64,000 bases of DNA from Squalus acanthias. Its lineage: Eukaryota. Location of the stretch: positions 37,636,001 to 37,700,000 of the forward strand of contig CM059432.1 of assembly GCA_030390025.1 (NCBI GenBank), read 5' to 3'. Below the pieces are notes generated by a model. That model ran no database searches. It saw nothing but the letters and a program-made list of their open reading frames with translations, and had not been told where the DNA came from. Position numbers and translations under genes: made by a program. This document shows, one piece after another, positions 12,936 through 27,051 of this stretch (within the stretch, counting starts at the first letter, position 1; each line of letters begins with the position of its first letter).

Positions 12936-13080
12936 TATCCCAATTGCAAGAGAGTATGCCTTGTTTCTGAGTAGGTCATATGTTATGACACTATTATAGA
13001 ATGATTGCACGTGCTGACAAATGTTCCATTAAAAACGATTCCAGATTAAACATTTTTTAATAAACCACTGTGTATAGCTT

Positions 13081-13430
13081 CCCCAATGGTTTAGTGAGTG
13101 AAGGCACAACTCTGTGTCCTACTGAACCACACAGGCTGGGAAGGTCTCGAGTCTGGTCTCCGCTGTGTGCTGAGTTAGGTGACCTCAACTGGGCCAACAA
13201 TTTGAGAGCTACAGCTGGCCTTAATGAGCTGGAGCTAGGAAGCGGGAAAAAATATCAGCCACGGTTCCCATTCCTGATCGCTATTCAATGAGAGTTGCTG
13301 CTTGTGTGTGGAAATTGGTTGAAAACAGGATCCGGCTTGACTGTGATGCCCTCCTTAGTTAAATTGCATGGCATCACTCACTGCCAAGGTTCATACATGA
13401 CAAACGACTACTTGTTGAGGTATTGGGGGG
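13081..13430 (+). mobile_element. tRNA-derived SINE family B
   Basis: Head aatggtttagtgagt; body shared with 22565, 32556 and 56886. Confidence 0.7.
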
Positions 13431-16400
13431 CTTCCAGCATTTTGTGAAACTATATCCCAACAAGAGTCACGTGCCTTCAGGAAAGGGAGAAAATTGGAAA
13501 ATGTTTTTTTTTTAAATAGCACTGTGAAGCCGATCAAACTACATTGAGCAGAGCTTCTGATGTGTCTCTCGGAGAGAATGATGGCAGCTCTGTTCCAGCA
13601 AATTACAAAATTTTCCAAACGAAATAAACAAGTTCATTTAAAATATGGAATCCACACGTATAATGTAATAAATAAAATGTAAAAAACACACTTGTCTATG
13701 TGCTGTATACATTTATTTTTAAATATACATCCATTGTCTAGACGCTCTTGTTAGGAATATAATTACAATAACTAGTGTGCTATATGTCATACAGCAGTAC
13801 TATAATATTTACAGTAAATTACTTCTGTTACCTTGGATAAAGTAGTCCATTGTAGTCATGAAATATTTAAGTCACAGTAAGGAAACAAGACTCAGGCTAC
13901 TTGACCTGGTGGTGTGTGTCTAGGACCAGATGTATCTGGTACTTGTTGCTATAAGCAGCGTGTTTGTAAGGGACCTATTGGTACTTCCAGAGCTTTTTAA
14001 CAAAGGAATAAGTATTCTTCCAAAGCACATAATACTTAGTAACACACTACTGTACATCGAGATTGTCTATATTCGGGATTTAGTGCTTCAGAGAAACCGT
14101 ATTAAATGTAAACTACAGGTGTCATAAGCAGCTGATTTTGTCCTATTAAAGCAACATTAACGCCCACTCGAAGAAATATGTGCTGTATTGAAATACACCA
14201 TTATGGTTTGGGAATTATGCACTATTATGGTTTGGGAATTGTATATTTTTTCCAAAAAGAACGATTGTCTGCTCTAAGTGCATCTGTTGTAAGTGGAGCC
14301 CATTATAATGTGAATTGAAGTTGCTCAGTTGTTAGAACCAGCTGGCTGTAGATGCCAGAAGACCTCACGCATCAAGTTTTACCCTCTGCCAGCTCCCTCA
14401 GCTGTCTGCTGCTTGTCTATTTAGATTATCCCATACGCAATCCCAGTCTCTCAGTCTTGGCCTCATACATGGTCTTTCCTCAGCTGGACCAATTCCTTCT
14501 GAGGGCACCAATCTTCAGTCATGTGCAAACTATTGAAATCTGGCAGTAAGATGCACTGCTACTGCATGCCGGTCATTCCTTATTACAGCAAAGTCAGGGC
14601 TGTAAGCCATGTTGAGAGGTCCGCAGTCATTTTGTGGGGCTCAGAGGTGCACTCCTGCTCCTCCTGACCCCGCAAAAATAAACACAGACTTACCTGTGGC
14701 ATCCTCTTCGACTGGACCGCCCGCTGATACTGGATAGAGCATGCGCGGCCCATGCTCCTCCCAGTACTGTCCTAAAACCGGGGTCCTGTGCAAGTCACAG
14801 GACCCCGATTTGCATTCTTAAGTGGGTCTGACTCGGGGGGGGCACTTCAGCCACCCAGGGGAAAGATTGCAGCAACGGTGGCAACAGGCCCGCTAGTCTT
14901 TCCCTGCAATCTTCGTGGGGCCTCACAATTCAGGCCAGGGTCTTTTATTTGGTTTGACATGAGTTGTGTTCTATGATCAGTCAGTATCTCAGAGATTTCA
15001 TCCCTGTGTTTGATAACCCAGCATTCCAAATGCTAAAATGTTTAAACTCGCTTGCAGAAACGGGCTCAGACATGTGACAGGATATCGGCCAATTATCATC
15101 TTAATTTTGCCAAGGGAGGCTTCTCCATTACTGTCTGAACTTGACTTTTCAAAGTTGCAAAAGGACCAGGGAATAGTACATTTATATTTTCTTCTATTTT
15201 AACTGGGAAAGTAGGCGTGAATATAAAGCAGTGTTCCCCACAATGCATTCATGTCTACTTTTCTGCTAAAACTAGAGAACAGAGGAAAATCTATCCCATA
15301 GTGATTCAAACTGCAGCAAAACCTGTAGGTGAACTATGAGAATGGACTTTGCCTGTATTATATCAAGGAATTAAAGATAGCAGGCGTACTAAAGGATTGA
15401 CCTGTGCTCTGATCCTTCGATTCAACCTGTCTCCTGGGTACAGTATAGGTGGACATCCAGGATTACTTAGCTGTGATGGATTGCAGAGTGAATAGTGTTG
15501 TTTTCCGCTCTGCTGATGCTGTTCTCTAGCTGAGGCAGCTTATTAAGTTAGATGTACAAAGAATTGTGCAGATCTCATGATAGTGATTGACATAACCATA
15601 ACTCCAAAAATGTTTGTTATGGGGAAACTTATGCTTATTTACTCCGAAATAAATCACTCTATAGACCCGATTAAAAGCAGGCCCTGAGAAAGTAGCTGCT
15701 GATATTTTTTTTACAAATTGATTCATGAGCAAAAGTTTCCGAACTCAGCTGGAAAGCACAAATTGGGAGCAATGGTGTCACCCTTCCCATGATGCACTGA
15801 TTGAAGGCGATGAACTGCTCTTCAGTGGAGAAAGCATGCATTGCAATAAATGTAACAGAGTGGGTTTCAGCACATGGCTAAGAATACTTCCCAGCAGGAT
15901 TTTGTTTTGAAGAAAAGTTGAAATTCTTAATAAAAAAAAAATAGATAGTATCACACCTACAGCCTATTAGTCCACTGTGCCAAGATATCATATTCCAAGT
16001 GCCCACAGGAGAATCTTCCATCACCTCACAATTGCTTCAAGCCAATCAAAGAAATGGGAAGATAACACACGATGCTGGTACTTCATCAAATATTCTCTTG
16101 CACACTATATTTCAGGTTCGGTGCAGGTACTGGCAGTAACTCTTCAGCGACTACATACCATTGGACGACAAGAAAATTAAAGTTTGCTCACAAACTTCTC
16201 TGCATACAACGTACAGTAAATATTGAAGGAAAAAAGAACGTGCGTTTATTTTGCACCTTTCACATCCTCAGGACATCTGAAAGCCCTTCACAACAAAGTA
16301 CTCAAAGCTCGGAGGTTGCCGGGGATGGGGTGGAGCGTCTGCCAGCAGTGGCCCATGGGATTAGGGCCTGGGTTGGGGATCTCTGGGCTGGAAGATCGGG

Positions 16401-16782
16401 GGTTGGGGCCGGGGAACCTGGATCTCGGGGCGGGGCTGTTGGGAGCGTCGGCCTATCGAGAGGGTGGTTTAATGTGGGGACGGGAGGAGCACTTCTGCTC
16501 CACATTCAGAGGTAGGTCATTTACCTTTGTTGTTGCAGGCGTTCTGCAGGGTTGGTTTCATCTGAGCGCTGGTCTCGATGGCGTCGGCTCTCTCGGGGCA
16601 AACCAGTCTTGCAGCGGGGACTTCAAGAAGGCCTAACGCCAGCTTCGGGTATGGATAAAGGACGCCTCATGTTTGTCTTCACGCAGTATAGCGGACAGTG
16701 CGCTTCCTGCCTGCAATTTTGGGGACTTAGAAGGACGCGTAGTGCCTGAAAAAGAGACGCTATGTGGCCGTATTCTAGGGCA

Positions 16783-17012
16783 ATCTTTTTAGTGATGTTG
16801 GTTGAAGGATAAATGTTGGTCAAGACTCCAGGAGAACGCTCCTACTCTTTGAATAGTGCCGTGGGATCTTTTACATCCACCTTAAAGAGCAGACAGGTAT
16901 TCAAATTAATGTCTTATCCGAAAGATAGTGTCAGTCCAGATTACGTGTTCCAGTCTCGGGAGTGGAGCTTGAGCCCATGACCTTCTGACTCAGAGGCAAA
17001 AGAGCTACCACT
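16783..17012 (-). mobile_element. SacSINE1-like 5' half (tail remnant at about 16230-16290)
   Basis: atagtgccgtgggatcttttacatccac...ccttctgactcagaggc. Confidence 0.75.
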
Positions 17013-17610
17013 GAATCAGGGAGGAGCCAGAAATGTAGTCAGGAGCAAAGCTCACACTGCTGATGTGGTGCCTGGACTCTCTTAGGGCACTTTTTTCAAT
17101 GCAATGTTAAGCAGTTATAGAGTACTTGGCTTGAGCTTATAAGGGACGTTGCTGAATGCAATGCTACTGTGCAGAGTGTCCCTTGCCTCCCACCACAATC
17201 GAACACACCCATACAGTGGAACCCATGAGAGTGATCATGCATGGAGTGTGCTGACTTTGATTGTGACTACCATTGAGGTTTGAAACCGCAAACCAACAGC
17301 CATGCCAAGCAAGCATCGTAATTATAGTCCCACCCTTGATAAATACATGACTAATTTGTTTGAACATTTTTATGCTTGCTGAGTATTTCTGTAGTGCGAG
17401 GGATAAGGAAAGGCACTTTGTAATTTTATGCTTGTATCAGGTATATGTGTATCCAGAAGGCATTACAATCAGTGTCAGGTATATGTGTTAGCTACACTAC
17501 ACTAAACACTGGGTATGCGTCTCTAAACTACCTGAAATGTCAGGTATAATATATTTAGAATACACTAAACCAAATGTCAGGTATGTGTATATCCAGAATG
17601 CTCTACACCT

Positions 17611-18118
17611 GGGGGTGATTTTCAATTGCCAACCCCTATTTCTCACCTGAAAATCGGGCGATTGGCAGAAGAAAATCTAGTGGGAACCTTGGACACCCAT
17701 TTGCCTGCCTGATCCAATTTTCAGGGAGACCTTTAAATGGGCATTTAGCACTTCCACCCAAAATAGGCAGGAGGCTGCTTAAATACGATTGCAATTTTCA
17801 TGGAGAAATGGGTGAAGCGTGCAAAGTTAATGCTGGCCCCAAGTTTTCCTGGTGTTGAGCGGCCTAAGCAGCGGTTCTCAAAGGGCATAAATTTATACGC
17901 CTGGCCCGACAAAAATCTTCCAGCTCACTGCTGGCCCATTCTCGCGCCCCCTTCTGCCAGATCCATTCACCCCCCACCCCGCCCTCCCCACAGCAGGGAG
18001 TACCTGGCAGCCAGTTCCGTGCAGAAGCCGAACGATTTTCCGCCGCATCAAACCGGCCAGCTGCAGCGGAGTGCCTGTCTGGTGCCCACAGCTCGCCAGT
18101 GAAATTAAAATGAGGCCG
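17611..18118. mobile_element. Degenerate GC-rich TIR element (Harbinger-like)
   Basis: GGGGTGATTTT at the left, AAAATGAGGCC at the right. Confidence 0.4.
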
Positions 18119-18424
18119 GAAGCTGTGGCTAGGTGGGCAAACTGTTACTATGTTACTAACAAAAGAAGAGGAGTAGACCATTTGGCCCATTTTTGATGGC
18201 CGTGGCAGTTTTAATCTCAATCCCCTGCCTTTTTTCCATGTTCCTTAATACTTTTACTTCCCTGGTAAACGCCTGCCTCGCTTTTAAGCACCTGACTTGA
18301 TTTTGCATCTGTGGTTTCTGGGTTAGTGTGCTTTATATTCTCACGACCCTTTGTGAGAAGGTGTTTTTGCTGGATTCCTTTTAACCGACTTAGTTTGAAT
18401 TTTTAAATTAGGTTCCCTTATTCA

Positions 18425-19830
18425 GGACCAGATGGTTTCCATCCCAGGGTTTTAAAGGAAGTAGGTGAGCACATTGCAGATGCCCTAACTGTAATCTTCC
18501 AAAGTTCTCTCGATTCAGGAACCGTTCCTTTAGATTGGAAAATTGTGCATGTCAGTCCGCTATTTAAGAATGGTGAGAGAGGGAAACCAGGGAATTATAG
18601 ACCAGTTTTTTTTTTATTCGTTCATGGGATGCCATGCCTTGCAAACCTGATTAATTTTTTTGAAGAGGTGACTAATGTAGTGGACAGGGGAATGTCTATG
18701 GATGTTATTTATATGGACTTCCAGAAGGCATTTGATAAAGTCCCTCCTAAGAGATTGTTAACTAAGGTTGAAGCCAATGGAATTGAAGGCAAATTATTGA
18801 CTTGATTAGGAAATTGGCTGAGCGGCAGGAGACAGAGAGTAGGGATAATGGGCAGGTACTCTAATTGGCAGGATGTGACTAGTGATATTTATTAACGACT
18901 TAGATGATGGGATAGAAAGCCACATATCCAGATTTGCCAATAACAAAAAGATAGGCGGCATTGTAGGCAATGTAGATGAAAGTATAAAATTACAAAGGGA
19001 TATTGACAGATTAAGTGAATGGGCAAAACTGGCAAATGGATTTCAATGTAGGCAAATGTGAGGTCATCCACTTTGAACCTAAAAAGGATAGAACAGGGTA
19101 CTTTCCAAATGGTGAAAAGCTAAAAACAGTGGAGGTCCAAAGAGACTTGGGGATCCAGGTACATAAATCATTGAACTGTCATGAACAGGTACAAAAATAA
19201 ATCAAAAGTATAAAGGAATGCTGGCCTTTATATCTAGAGGACTAGAGTACAAGGGGTTAGAAGTTATGCTACAGCAAAGAAAGCCCTGGTTAGACCACAC
19301 CTGGAATACTGTGAGCAGTTCTGGGCACCACACCTTAGGAAGGATATATTGGCCTTGGAGGGAGTGCAGCGTAGGTTTACCAGAATGATACTCGGACTCC
19401 AGGGGTTAAGTTACGAGGAGAGATTACACAAATTAGGGTTGTATTCCCTGGAATTTAGAAGGTTATGGGTGATTTGATCGAAGTTTTCAGGATATTAAGG
19501 GGAACAGATAGGGTAGATAGAGAGAAACTATTTCCACTGGTTGGAGAGTCTAGGACTCTGGAGCATAGTCTAAAAATTAGAGCCAGACCTTTCAGGAGTG
19601 AAATTAGGAAACACTTCTACACACAAAGGGTGGTAGAAGTTTGGAACTCTCTTCCGCAAACGGCAATTGATGCGAGATCAATTGTTAATTTTAAATCGGA
19701 GATTGATAGCTTTTTGTTAACCAAAGGTATTAAGGGATATGGAGTTAGGTCGCAGATCAGCCATGATCTCATTGAATGTTGGAACAGGCTCGAGGGGCTG
19801 AATGTCCTACACCTGTTCCTACGTTTCTGA
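18425..19830 (+). mobile_element. CR1 LINE RT region to 3' end, with frameshifts and deletions
   Basis: PGNYRPV, DVIYMDFQKAFDKVP, KCEVIHF, YTQRVVEVWNSLP motifs. Confidence 0.92.
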
Positions 19831-21276
19831 CACACTGTTTGATTTTACTCAAATCGCTACTCTGCTCTACAGCCTTGACTTTTGAGCTGGATTTCCTCAG
19901 GTCCTAGCTGAGGGTGTTGGATGAAATACCCTTCAGCAAAATGTTCTACTTCGGGTGGGAAGGAATACAGATTATCTTGACCTACTTATGATGCATCTCC
20001 TATCAGTAGATCACAACAAAAAGGGGTTGCCAGGAGAAGCAATGCAAAACATTGTACACAGTTTAATTTTTTTAAGTGCGAGAACAATGAAGCGATAAGA
20101 ATATCTTTGACGGCACAGTTGCTTCAAGTGTTCCGTGGTGTTCTGCAGAAGACAGGTGGTCAGCTGACAGTTCTGAACGTATTTGGAAGTGAACATGTTT
20201 GGAGGAGGGTAGTGAACAGGTGGAATGGACTACCTAGGGAGAGGCAGATGGTGTAAAATTTAAGGGAGAATTGGTAAGGTATTTGAGGGAATGGCAATTT
20301 ATGGTTCTTTGTTTTTGGGTCTGGCTAGATGGACTTTATCCTCTTTTTCAGTCCTGTATGTTCCTATGTGCTGAAAGTTTTCTTAATAAAAAACAGAGAA
20401 TATCTGTTTTTCTCCATAATTAATGACCCAGCAACAAAATCGCAGCAATGCATGTCTTTTGAATGTGCAGTTCCTGAGAATGTAATTTCATTAGCTTGTT
20501 GTTGACTACAGAAATAAACAGACATTCTCCTGTTTTTCGTTGAGAAGAATTTCACCCCCTACCTTCCCTGATGGACTGTGATCGACAGCATGTTGTGCAT
20601 TAATGGCTAAACTGCAATTTTAAAACTTTTTGCAGCAGTGCAAACAGCGTATCTAACCATCCAGAAGCTGAGCAGGAGAGGAGGAGTTTTTAAAGCAGTA
20701 ATATCTGTTTTCGAATGAAAACTGATCCTTGTTTCAGAGCATGCACGTTTTGATTACTGCGTGCTGTGGTCTGCTTTAGAAGTGAAACGGCCCGATTACT
20801 AAAGTTTCACCTCATCTTAAAAAGAAAAAACGATCCAAGATGAAAACATCAGGATAAAACTTCAAATGGGATTAATGTACTATGATCTTTAACATCTTTG
20901 AATTAAATCAAAGTACAAAATATGATTTAAAATTTGAATCGCAACAGCAGTGAGGGTTACTGTGCACAGTGAATAGTTGTGATTCTAATCCAAACAGTTT
21001 TGATTCATCGTAGATTGCAATGATGCCAGTTAAAAGCACAGGAAGTTATCGCTAAATTTAAGCACGGAGTTTGAATGGACTGAAATCTTGCAATTATCAA
21101 AGAATGACAATGTGGTCTGAAATGGGCCAGAATTCAGGATACCAGAAAAATTCTCATTTGGCTCCAGATCAATCCATTCAGGTTTGATCTATGTCCCTCT
21201 GCAGAGACCTATTTTGTAATTGGTGCATTTCTGTTTGCCAACAACGGCAGGTATTGCCTGCTGAAGGAGAATATAT

Positions 21277-22170
21277 GGGGGAGAAATTCAGTATCGCCCC
21301 ATTTGGGGCGCAATTATCGGCCGGGCGCAAAGATTAGCGCCTGGCGCTAATTATCGCCACCGACTGCAAACTTGACTTTTATCGCCCCTGGAGGTGATTG
21401 CAGCGCTAAATCAGGCGCTTCACACCTGTCTTAAGGCGCAAAGGCCGAGGAGCGATGCGCTACCTCAGAGCGCTGGCGAAGCTCATGTAATGTCAGTCAG
21501 CAATGGAACACACACACAATGGCACGGGCCAGTTCTTAAAGGGGATGGTTAATCTTGCTTTCCATCCACATCCTGCTCATTGCAGCCTTGAATCTCGGCC
21601 TGGAGAGACCTGCACATCAAATGTGCTGGAAAGAACAATGGAGAGTACCAGGCAAAGAGCTCAGAGTGCAGCCCCCACAGTCTCTGCTAAATCGATACAA
21701 GGGAATGGCAAATCAAAATGAACCTGCAAAGTGCTGCTCAGTACCCAAAACTCCTTCACCCAACGTTGAATCTCTCCAGAAGTCTCTCCCTCTCTCTCTC
21801 AGAATGCGTAGTTCAAAAATGGCACCAACAATAAAAGGCAGGAAGCGGTCACCTTTAAATAGCGCTCCCCCTTTCCCTTCATGACTGCAGAACGCTCCCC
21901 TCAACCTGTCGTTGCTCGCGTCAGGCGGTAAGGCAGGGGGCGCCACTCAAAATCCGCTCCGGGGCGATACCGGGGCGTTGCGCACTTGAGTGACGTCATG
22001 ATCTGCCGGCGCAGGAGATCGTGGCGGTAGTGTTTAGCGCCGCCGCAAAATGTCTAGTTAATTTCGCGAGCGGCGCAAACTTCGCCGCGCCTGGGCGCTA
22101 GATGCTTTGCACCCCATTCGCGCCCTCTTAAGGCGCTAACGGGAGACGCAACCAACTGAATTTTTCCCCC
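21277..22170. mobile_element. Non-autonomous PIF/Harbinger-like DNA transposon
   Basis: TIR GGGGGAGAAATTCAGT / ACTGAATTTTTCCCCC, 3-bp TSD TAT, CpG-rich subterminal repeats. Confidence 0.8.
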
Positions 22171-22564
22171 TATGTCTTTTAGCTGATCTTCTGCCAACCT
22201 GGTCTGTCCCTTCAAGTATTCCTGTGGGAACGTGGTATAAATTGGAAAAACACAGGTAATTGTAGCTGCTTGTAAACCTCTGCCGTCAATCAGAGGGGAG
22301 TTATAATGCTTGGAAATTTATTGGCTTGTCAGGCAGATGAAACCATTCTGACTGACTTTCCTTTTTAGTTTAGATTCTTTTACATTCATAGCAAAGTGTG
22401 GCACCTGCAAGTGTAATGCCTGGAGTATCCAAACTGTGCATTTCCCTTAGTGATCTTGACTGTGCCTACAGCCTACCAGCAGTATATGTAGTACGGGTAT
22501 ATGTTGCTACTGGTTTATTGAAGCTCTTCCCCTCTCAGTCATGATCCTCATAGTTTTGTACTTT

Positions 22565-22830
22565 GAACCTTGATCTGTGCTGAGTTAGCTGATCTCATCT
22601 GGATGATAACTAGTGTTCTCCAATTGACCTCCGTGCCCCTGGGCTAATGAGGGGAAAATAAGCTAGGATTCGTGCCCCTGATCTTGTGTGTGGATGTCAG
22701 TTGAGGACAGGTCTGGGACCGGCTGTGATGGCCCTGCGGTTGAATAGCTTGTTGACACTCACTGTCAACGCTAACATATGAATAATGGATGGTTGGACAA
22801 GGTATCGGGAGGATGACCAAAGACCCCGGA
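22565..22830 (+). mobile_element. tRNA-derived SINE family B (5'-truncated)
   Basis: ctgtgctgagttagctgatctc...caattgacctccgtgcccctgggcta...gacactcactgtc. Confidence 0.7.
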
Positions 22831-24399
22831 ACCACATCTCAGCAATGCCTTCAAGGGAGGAGAGAAGAGAACTGACAGAGAAAAATTGGTTAGAGAAAAA
22901 AACAGCGATTAAAAAAGAATTGTCACAATGAGGTCTTTCAAACTTCATGAAATACTAATTTACAAGTTTACTTCAAACCTAGTGGCACTTGTATTTCATA
23001 GTCCATTTAAAAGCATCTTTTCTGTAGCTTTTGGAGTAGTAGTTCTGGAACAAACTGAGAAAGTAACTTTCTGTTCTATCAGTGCATTTCAGCTGCTTGC
23101 AGCTAATGTAGTGAATACAGAGCCTGCACTTAATCAGGAATTACCTTTGTACTTCTGTGTTAAATATACCACTCTGGTACTCATACAAGTTGATTCTCTA
23201 CATCCTCTGATTTTTCTTTCCGTATAAAATAAAAATTATGTACAGCATTTGTGCTGGAAGAATCCTTTGGCTGGATTTAATACCTGGGGATTTCAAAATG
23301 CTAGGCAAAACATGGGATGCTGGTCACTGGAGACTGTCTGCAGCAGTTGAGAAAACTTTTGACATTTCTCAGCCAACTCCAAGGGTGAGTGAACAAGATA
23401 GAAAAGGCAGAAAGGGACACTCCCCTCCCCCACAAGCAGGCCTCGTGTCCATTGATCGTGACGAGCTATTGACAGTGACTGAAGTCTGGAGTGCCTTACT
23501 CCCCCAGTTGAACAAAACTGTGCACAGGCCAGCGAGGTGTTGTGAGTGAAGAGTTGATTGCACCCAGTTATTTTGCTGCAGTTAACAACACTTTTTAGGT
23601 AAATGAAGCAAATGTCCTCATTAAACATCACTTTAGCACCCAACACCCAATTTGTTTCTCAGATAGCTGCCCTCGACTGTACTAAAGAGGGCACGTGTTG
23701 TAGTGGTTATGAGATTTGCTTCACACAACCTATTTACTGTGACTGCCTGATTCAGAACGAATTTCATCAGCTTTCACCCGGGACACTAAGCTGCCCTTGT
23801 ACACAAGGAAAAAGTGGCATTTTGTTTATCGCACCTCACTGAATCTACATCTTCTACTGACGGGATCACAGATCTATAAAGGAGTCCCGGAGCCTTTTAA
23901 CCTTCTGTCCCTGCTAAGTAGTGATAACTAGAGGGAAATATGAAGTGAGAAAGCGATAGTTTGTTTTTAAGCAGCTAAGTAAGCAATGATTTATTATAGT
24001 ATGCATTTGTTGTTTGTACCAAACATGTGCATAATTAATAATTTATATATTGGCTATCACACCCTTTGGAAAATGATTAAAGATTAATTTGTTCTTGACA
24101 TTCAAAAGTCACGAACATAGTAAATACCTCATTAAAAAGATTACCAGCGGAAATCTATTCTGTTCTTAACTTTTTACTTTACCAAGGTATGTTGGGATTT
24201 TCTTCATTTAACTGCAGACAGTAATGAGAGTAATGGAATCAGGCCACGATGTCAGTGTTGTACAGCCGAAGCTACACTGATTGCCGAACACGCGGTTTAT
24301 GTTAAACACATTCTATACTGTAGCCACTTTCCTTTTATAATTCTGAAAAACATTTTGAATACTCAGATGGTCAGAACATAGTAAATGCACAAAATAAGT

Positions 24400-25863
24400 A
24401 TTGGTAGGAGTGACCACCGCACAGTCTTTGTGGAGACGAAGTCCCGTCTTCACACTGAGGACACCCTCATGAAGGGATAATTACTAGTCCTAGCCTCTTT
24501 AGGGCTACCCCGGATCAGGCGTATTTCTCAGACGTTCACTTTCAACTAAAGTTTGAGGTAGCCGAATCCTAAAGACGCTTAATTGGGTCTAAAGGTCCAG
24601 GCTATCTCTCCCTAAAGGAAAGGAACAACCCGAGAATGTTACCGTTCTCCAGATAGCACTTTTAATAAGTTTAGCTAGACTGTAACATTCCGGATATTAT
24701 GAGGGTCCGGAAAACTTCCTCAGAATTCTGCAACTCCTCATCAAAGAGTGTACAGAGATTGAGTTCGCGAGTTTTTGATACAGAAGTCTTATGTGAAACA
24801 ATTCTAAAAATATATAGATTTATTAAGAACCGACATGCAATTTCCAGTTGGTGAATCAGTCAATCGCAACATTAACAATTTAAAAAAAAAAGAAAAAATG
24901 CTATCTTATTATTAACAGAGAATCTTCCTTTTAAATCTTAACTTCACTACAGTATTACAGTTCTTAAAGTGTTCTACAGGATATCCACCAATATCAAATA
25001 CCTTTGATCCCCGAGGTACAAAGAGTTGGAGACTACAGAGCCGCCTCTGAAGCCGAGAATCGCTTTGCCCGATTAAAGCGAGTCTGTATCCCATTTGAGA
25101 GTTCAATATTTATACATTTTTCCAGTGGTATTTCCTTTAAGGTTTTCTGCTGATGCAAGCTAATTATCTCTAGTCATTTTTCTGCCGACCTCTGCAACTC
25201 TTACTGCCACCTCAGCCAGACTCGTGTCTCATCGCTAGGTGTTCTAAGTTTACCATATAAAAACGGTGTGACGGCAGGTAATCCTTACTTTATGTCATCT
25301 TTACGAGGGCAGATGTTCCTTATCTTATGTGCTTCTTTACGAAGTGTAAATTAGAACACCTTATCCAGGGTGAACCATTGTTTCGTTCCCCAAAGTTCAG
25401 CCTGTCTGAGCCCTTCACCTTCTGTTTCAATAAGGTTATTTATTCAGGGTCAACAACCAACTTATCTGAATAGCCAGAATGCTTTCATAGCTATTTCATA
25501 GTTAGGTTTCTAAATTTCCAAACCCAGTTTGTCACGTTTTAATAAGGCCAGAATTCTTTCATAAGATAGTGTATTTTTCTGAATAGGTTATATGGCTTAT
25601 TCCTTCACACTCTGTTGTGCTGAGTGGCACTACCACCGTGCTAAATAGGATAGATTCAGAACAGAACAGAACAGATCCAGCAGCTCAAAACTGGGCATCC
25701 ATGAGGCGTTGTGGGTCATCAGCAGCAGCAGAATTGTATTCCACCACAATCTGTAACCTCATGGCCCGGCATATCCCTCACTCTACCATTACCATCAAGC
25801 CGGGGGACCAACCCTGGTTCAATGAGGAGTGTAGAAGATCATGCCAGGAGCAGCACCAGGCGT
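24400..25863 (+). mobile_element. Zenon-like LINE fragment (endonuclease end/linker), split by a solo LTR
   Basis: ggtaggagtgaccaccgcacagtc (GRSDH) at 24403; resumes after 25608 with ITIKPGDQPWFNEECRR. Confidence 0.75.
24470..25607 (-). mobile_element. Solo LTR (ERV or LTR retrotransposon), 1138 bp
   Basis: TG...CA ends with 11-bp inverted termini TGAAGGGATAA / TTATTCCTTCA; minus-strand TATAAA (25109-25114) then AATAAA (24819-24824); interrupts a LINE; TSD not clean. Confidence 0.7.
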
Positions 25864-26044
25864 GCCGAATGTTCAGTTGTGCCCATTGCCTCCAGTGCCG
25901 ACCCTACCATAGTAAGTGGGAGGGCACCTCAATGGAATGGGGATGGCAGGTTCCCACGCCACTACGGAAACATCTCGGGCATCAGCTTGCCCTTGGCTGC
26001 TGGAAACTGGGGCATCTGGCAGAGGAATGTCCAAGCTCTTCCCA

Positions 26045-26292
26045 AGCACCCACTGTGATACATCACTTCCAACCGCTCTCCAATCTGAGCAACATCCATC
26101 AATTCCAACCCTTTATTTCCTGCCTGTTTTTGACCATTTTTCTCTTCTACCATATGCCTGAATCTTTCCAGCAAGTCTCCCATAAGACACTTTGTCTTCT
26201 GCAAGTCCACATACACTACATCTATTGCATTCCCTTTATCTATACAATCAATCACTTTATCAAAAAACACAACCTGCCTTTAAAAGAATCCA
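26045..26292 (-). mobile_element. Old CR1 RT fragment, target of the outer PLE (resumes about 31474-31560)
   Basis: ORF 25962-26270 FFDKVIDCIDKGNAIDVVYVDLQK. Confidence 0.7.
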
Positions 26293-26915
26293 CTAGTGCA
26301 AAAGCAAAATACTGCGGATGCTGGAAATCTGAAATAAAAACAGAAAATGCTGGAAATACTCAGCATCTGTGGAGAGAGAAACAGAGTTAACGTTTAAGGT
26401 CGATGACCTTTGTCAGAACTAGAAAAAGTTGGAGATGGAACAGGTTTTTAAGCAAGTGTAGGGGCAGGGAAAGGGGGGTGGGGAGAAAAGAACAAAAGGG
26501 AAGGTCTGTGATAGGATGGAAGGCTGGCGAGATTAAGAGACAAAAGGGATGATGGTGCAAGGCAAAAGGAGATGGTAATGGGACAAGTTAAGAAACAAAA
26601 GATGACTCTAGATGAAGTGTAAATGGCAGTGGCAGAATGATCGCCTGAGGGCGCTCTGCTTCTTCCTTGAACAGAGGCCCAACCAGTCCCCATCCACCAC
26701 CACCCTCCTCCTCCGCCTGGCTGAAATTGTTCTTACATTGTACAACTTCTTCTTTGACTCCACTCACTTCCTCCAAATTAAAGGTGTTGCTATGGGAACC
26801 CACATGGGTCCCAGCTATGATAGCAAAATACTGCGGATGCTGGAAATCCGAAATAACAACAGAAAACGCTGGAAAAACTCAGCAGGCCAGGCAGCATCCG
26901 TGGAGAGAGAAAGAG

Positions 26916-26952
26916 AGTTAACGTTTCAGGTCGATGACCTTTCATCAGAACT
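26916..26952 (-). ncRNA. Minimal hammerhead motif, inverted copy
   Basis: Exact reverse complement of 29846-29882. Confidence 0.7.
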
Positions 26953-27051
26953 GGGAAGAGCCGGAAATCAAATAGATTTAAGGCCAGGGTAAAGCTGGGA
27001 AAAGGGGGAGGGGATAAAGGAACAAAGGGGGAGATGAAGAGACATTCTCGA

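Noticed and set aside
16118..16210. Possible exon after tatatttcag
   Set aside because: No good phase-compatible donor and no recognisable protein.
25617..26390. 257-aa ORF as a gene
   Set aside because: Runs across four unrelated repeat fragments (LINE, knuckle relic, antisense CR1, inverted PLE arm).
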